From Veleropilina oligotropha (Eukaryota): a DNA stretch of 64,000 nucleotides. The notes beneath the pieces were generated by a model. That model was not told where the DNA came from. It ran no database searches and worked only from the letters and a program-made list of their open reading frames with translations. The position numbers were made by a program, and so were the translations under genes. Shown here piece by piece: positions 59,601 to 64,000 of this stretch (its first letter is position 1; every line of letters starts with the position of its first letter). The DNA lies in contig JBEUKZ010000119.1 in NCBI GenBank assembly GCA_048128005.1, positions 62,001-126,000 of the forward strand. The letters are read 5' to 3'.

Positions 59601-62600
59601 TACAGGCCGCTCCAGTAGCCGTGTGGTCTTTAGTGTCATGATACAGGCCGCTCATGTAGCCGTGTGCTCTTCAGTGTCATGATACAGGCCGCTCATGTAG
59701 CCGTGTGGTCTTCAGTGTCATGATACAGGCCGCTCATGTAGCCATGTGGTCTTTAGTGTCATGATACAGGCCACTCATGTAGCCGTGTGGTCTTCAGTGT
59801 CATGATACAGGCCGCTCCGGTAGCCATGTGGTCTTTAGTGTCATGATACAGGCCACTCATGTAGCCGTGTGGTCTTCAGTGTCATGATACAGGCCGCTCA
59901 TGTAGCCATGTGGTCTTCAGTGTCATGATACAGGCCGCTCATGTATCCGTGTGGTCTTCAGTGTCACGATACAGGCCGCTCATGTAGCCGTGTGGTCTTC
60001 AGTGTCATGATACAGGCCACTCATGTAGCCGTGTGGTCTTTAGTGTCATGATACAGGCCGCTCATGTAGCCATGTGGTCTTTAGTGTCATGATACAGGCC
60101 ACTCATGTAGCCGTGTGGTCTTCAGTGTCATGATACAGGCCGCTCCGGTAGCCGTGTGGTCTTCAGTGTCATGATACAGGCCGCTCATGTAGCCGTGTGG
60201 TCTTCAGTGTCATGATACAGGCCGCTCCGGTAGCCGTGTGGTCTTCAGTGTCACGATACAGGCCGCTCATGTAGCCATGTGGTCTTCAGTGTCATGATAC
60301 AGGCCGCTCATGTAGCCGTGCGGTCTTCAGTGTCATGATACAGGCCGCTCATGTAGCCGTGTGGTCTTCAGTGTCACGATACAGGCCGCTCATGTAGCCG
60401 TGTAGTCATCAGTGTCATACAGGCCGCTCATGTAGCCGTGTGGTCTTCAGTGTCATGATACAGGCCGCTCATGTAGCCGTGTGGTCTTCAGTGTCATGAT
60501 ACAGGCCGCTCATGTAGCCGTGTGGTCTTCAGTGTCATGATACAGGCCGCTCATGTAGCCGTGTGGTCTTCAGTGTCATACAGGCCGCTCATGTAGCCAT
60601 GTGGTCTTCAATGTCATGATACAGGCCGCTCATGTAGCCATGTGGTCTTTAGTGTCATGATACAGGCCGCTCATGTAGCCGTGTGGTCTTCAGTGTCATG
60701 ATTCAGGCCGCTCCAGTAGCCGTGTAGTCTTCAGTGTCATACAGGCCGCTCATGTAGCCGTGTGGTCTTCAGTGTCATGATACAGGCCGCTCATGTAGCC
60801 ATGTGGTCTTTAGTGTCATGATACAGGCCGCTCATGTAGCCATGTGGTCTTCAGTGTCACGATACAGGCCGCTCATGTAGCCATGTGGTCTTTAGTGTTA
60901 TGATACAGGCCGCTCATGTAGCCGTGTGGTCTTCAGTGTCACGATACAGGCCGCTCATGTAGCCGTGTGGTCTTCAGTGGCACGATACAGGCCGCTCATG
61001 TAGCCGTGTGGTCTTCAGTGTCATGATACAGGCCGCTCATGTAGCCATGTGGTCTTCAGTGTCATGATACAGGCCGCTCATGTAGCCGTGTGGTCTTCAG
61101 TGTCATACAGGCCGCTCATGTAGCCGTGTGGTCTTCAGTGTCATGATACAGGCCGCTCACGTAGCCGTGTGGTCTTCAGTGTCATGATACAGGCTGCTCA
61201 TGTAGCCGTGTGGTCTTCAGTGTCATGATACAGGCCGCTCCAGTAGCCGTGTGGTCTTCAGTGTCATACAGGCCGCTCCAGTAGCCGTGTGGTCTTCAGT
61301 GTCATGATACAGGCCGCTCATGTAGCCGTGTGGTCTTCAGTGTCATGATACAGGCCGCTCATGTAGCCGTGTGGTCTTCAGTGTCATACAGGCCGCTCCA
61401 GTAGCCGTGTGGTCTTCAGTGTCATGATACAGGCCGCTCATGTAGCCGTGTGGTCTTCAGTGTCATGATACAGGCCGCTCATGTAGCCGTGTGGTCTTCA
61501 GTGTCATACAGGCCGCTCCAGTAGCCGTGTGGTCTTCAGTGTCATGATACAGGCCGCTCATGTAGCCGTGTGGTCTTCAGTGTCATGATACAGGCCGCTC
61601 ATGTAGCCGTGTGGTCTTCAATGTCATGATACAGGCCGCTCATGTAGCTGTGTGGTCTTCAGTGTCATGATACAGGCCGCTCATGTAGCCGTGTGGTCTT
61701 CAGTGTCGTACAGGCCGCCCATGTAGCCGTGTGGTCTTCAGTGTCATGATACAGGCCGCTCATGTAGCCGTGTGGTCTTCAGTGTCATGATACAGGCCGC
61801 TCATGTAGCCGTGTGGTCTTCAGTGTCATGATACAGGCCGCTCATGTAGCCGTGTGGTCTTCAGTGTCATGATACAGGCCGCTCATGTAGCCATGTGGTC
61901 TTCAGTGTCATGATACAGGCTGCTAATGTAGCCGTGTGGTCTTCAGTGTCATGATACAGGCCGCTCCGGTAGCCGTGTGGTCTTCAGTGTCATGATACAG
62001 GCCGCTCCAGCAGCCATGTGGTCTTCAGTGTCATGATACAGGCCGCTCATGTAGCCGTGTGGTCTTCAGTGTCATGATACAGGCCGCTCCAGTAGCCGTG
62101 TGGTCATCAATGTCATACAGGCTGCTCATGTAGCCGTGTGGTCTTCAGTGTCATACAGGCCGCTCATGTAGCCATGTGGTCTGCAGTGTCATACAGGCCG
62201 CTCATGTAGCCATGTGGTCTTCAGTGTCATGATACAGGCCGCTCATGTAGCCGTGTGGTCTTCAGTGTCACGATACAGGCCGCTCATGTAGCCATGTGGT
62301 CTTCAGTGTCATGATACAGGCCGCTCATGTAGCCATGTGGTCTTCAGTGTCATGATACAGGCCGCTCATGTAACCGTGTGGTCTTCAGTGTCATGATACA
62401 GGCCGCTCATGTAGCCATGTGGTCTTCAGTGTCATACAGGCCGCTCATGTAGCCATGTGGTCTTCAGTGTCACGATACAGGCCGCTCATGTAGCCGTGTG
62501 GTCTTCAGTGTCATACAGGCCGCTGATGTAGCCATGTGGTCTTCAGTGTCATGATACAGGCCGCTCATGTAGCCGTGTGGTCTTCAGTGTCACGATACAG

Positions 62601-64000
62601 GCCGCTCATGTAGCCATGTGGTCTTCAGTGTCATGATACAGGCCGCTCATGTAGCCGTGTGGTCTTCAGTGTCATGATACAGGCCGCTCATGTAGCCGTG
62701 TGGTCTTCAGTGTCATGATACAGGCCGCTCATGTAGCCATGTGGTCTTCAATGTCATGATACAGGCCGCTCATGTAGCCGTGTGGTCTTCAGTGTCATGA
62801 TACAGGCCGCTCATGTAGCCGTGTGGTCTTCAGTGCCATGATACAGGCCGCTCATGTAGCCGTGTGGTCTTCAATGTCATGATACAGGCCGCTCATGTAG
62901 CCGTGTGGTCTTCAGTGTCATGATACAGGCCGCTCATGTAGCCGTGTGGTCTTCAGTGTCATGATACAGGCCGCTCATGTAGCTGTGTGGTCTTCAGTGT
63001 CACGATACAGGCCGCTCATGTAGCCGTGTGGTCTTCAGTGTCATGATACAGGCCGCTCATGTAGCCGTGTGGTCTTCAGTGTCATGATACAGGCCGCTCA
63101 TGTAGCCATGTGGTCTTTAGTGTCATGATACAGGCCGCTCATGTAGCCATGTGGTCTTTAGTGTCATGATACAGGCCGCTCATGTAGCCGTGTGGTCTTC
63201 AGTGTCATGATACAGGCCGCTCATGTAGCCGTGTGGTCTTCAGTGTCATGATACAGGCCGCTCATGTAGCCGTGTGGTCTTCAGTGTCATGATACAGGCC
63301 GCTCATGTAGCCGTGTGGTCTTTAGTGTCATGATACAGGCCACTCATGTAGCTGTGTGGTCTTTAGTGTCATGATACAGGCCGCTCCAGTAGCCGTGTGG
63401 TCTTTAGTGTCATGATACAGGCCGCTCATGAAGCCGTGTGGTCTTTAGTGTCATGATACAGGCCGCTCATGTAGCCGTGTGGTCTTTAGTGTCATGATAC
63501 AGGCCGCTCCAGTAGCCGTGTGGTCTTTAGTGTCATGATACAGGCCGCTCATGTAGCCGTGTGGTCTTTAGTGTCATGATACAGGCCGCTCCAGTAGCCG
63601 TGTGATCTTCAGTGTCATGATACAGGCCGCTCCAGTAGCCGTGTGGTCTTCAATGTCATGATACAGGCCGCTCATGTAGCCATGTGGTCTTCAGTGTCAT
63701 GATACAGGCCGCTCATGTAGCCGTGTGGTCTTTAGTGTCATGATACAGGCCGCTCCGGTAGCCGTGTGGTCTTCAGTGTCATGATACAGGCCGCTCATGT
63801 AGCCATGTGGTCTTCAGTGTCGTACAGGCCGCTCATGTAGCCATGTGGTCTTTAGTGTCATGATACAGGCCGCTCATGTAGCCGTGTGGTCTTCAGTGTC
63901 ACGATACAGGCCGCTCATGTAGCCATGTGGTCTTCAGTGTCACGATACAGGCCGCTCATGTAGCCGTGTGGTCTTCAGTGTCATGATACAGGCCGCTCAT
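50693..64000. repeat. Satellite B, 41-bp unit (38- and 36-bp variants), >300 copies, running off the window end
   Basis: CAGGCCGCTCATGTAGCCGTGTGGTCTTCAGTGTCA(TGA)TA. Confidence 0.98.

Noticed and set aside
48829..64000. CRISPR array or repetitive proteins (ORFs up to 481 aa) in the satellites
   Set aside because: Units are contiguous with no unique spacers, and the ORFs are by-products of stop-poor repeat frames.

Overview
Repeat-rich DNA from an invertebrate animal; no prokaryotic features and no CRISPR. The main feature is an apparently complete ~15.5 kb endogenous Polinton-like (Maverick/adintovirus-type) virus at 14074-29536. It has ~400 bp near-identical terminal inverted repeats beginning AGCAGC, each built from two ~205 bp sub-repeats, and a 5-bp target-site duplication (TGTTG). 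It encodes an rve integrase, an A32-like packaging ATPase, probable major and minor capsid proteins, several membrane proteins and a secreted Cys-rich protein. In place of a canonical pPolB it carries one ~1280-codon gene fusing a PolB-like palm domain, an SF1 (RecD/Pif1-like) helicase and an HNH-like domain, and I could not find an adenain protease. A few point lesions suggest a young copy that has begun to decay. The element sits inside a decayed CR1-like LINE within a segmentally duplicated C2H2 zinc-finger cluster (two long ZNF ORFs plus several remnants). The window also holds tRNA-derived SINEs, an L2/CR1-type RT fragment, a Tc1 fragment, a solo LTR with a nested Harbinger-type MITE, a Helentron-like element, foldback hairpins with recurrent tandem G.A mismatches, and two abutting ~41-bp satellite arrays from ~48.9 kb to the window end. 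Protein family calls come from motif recognition by eye, not from database searches.
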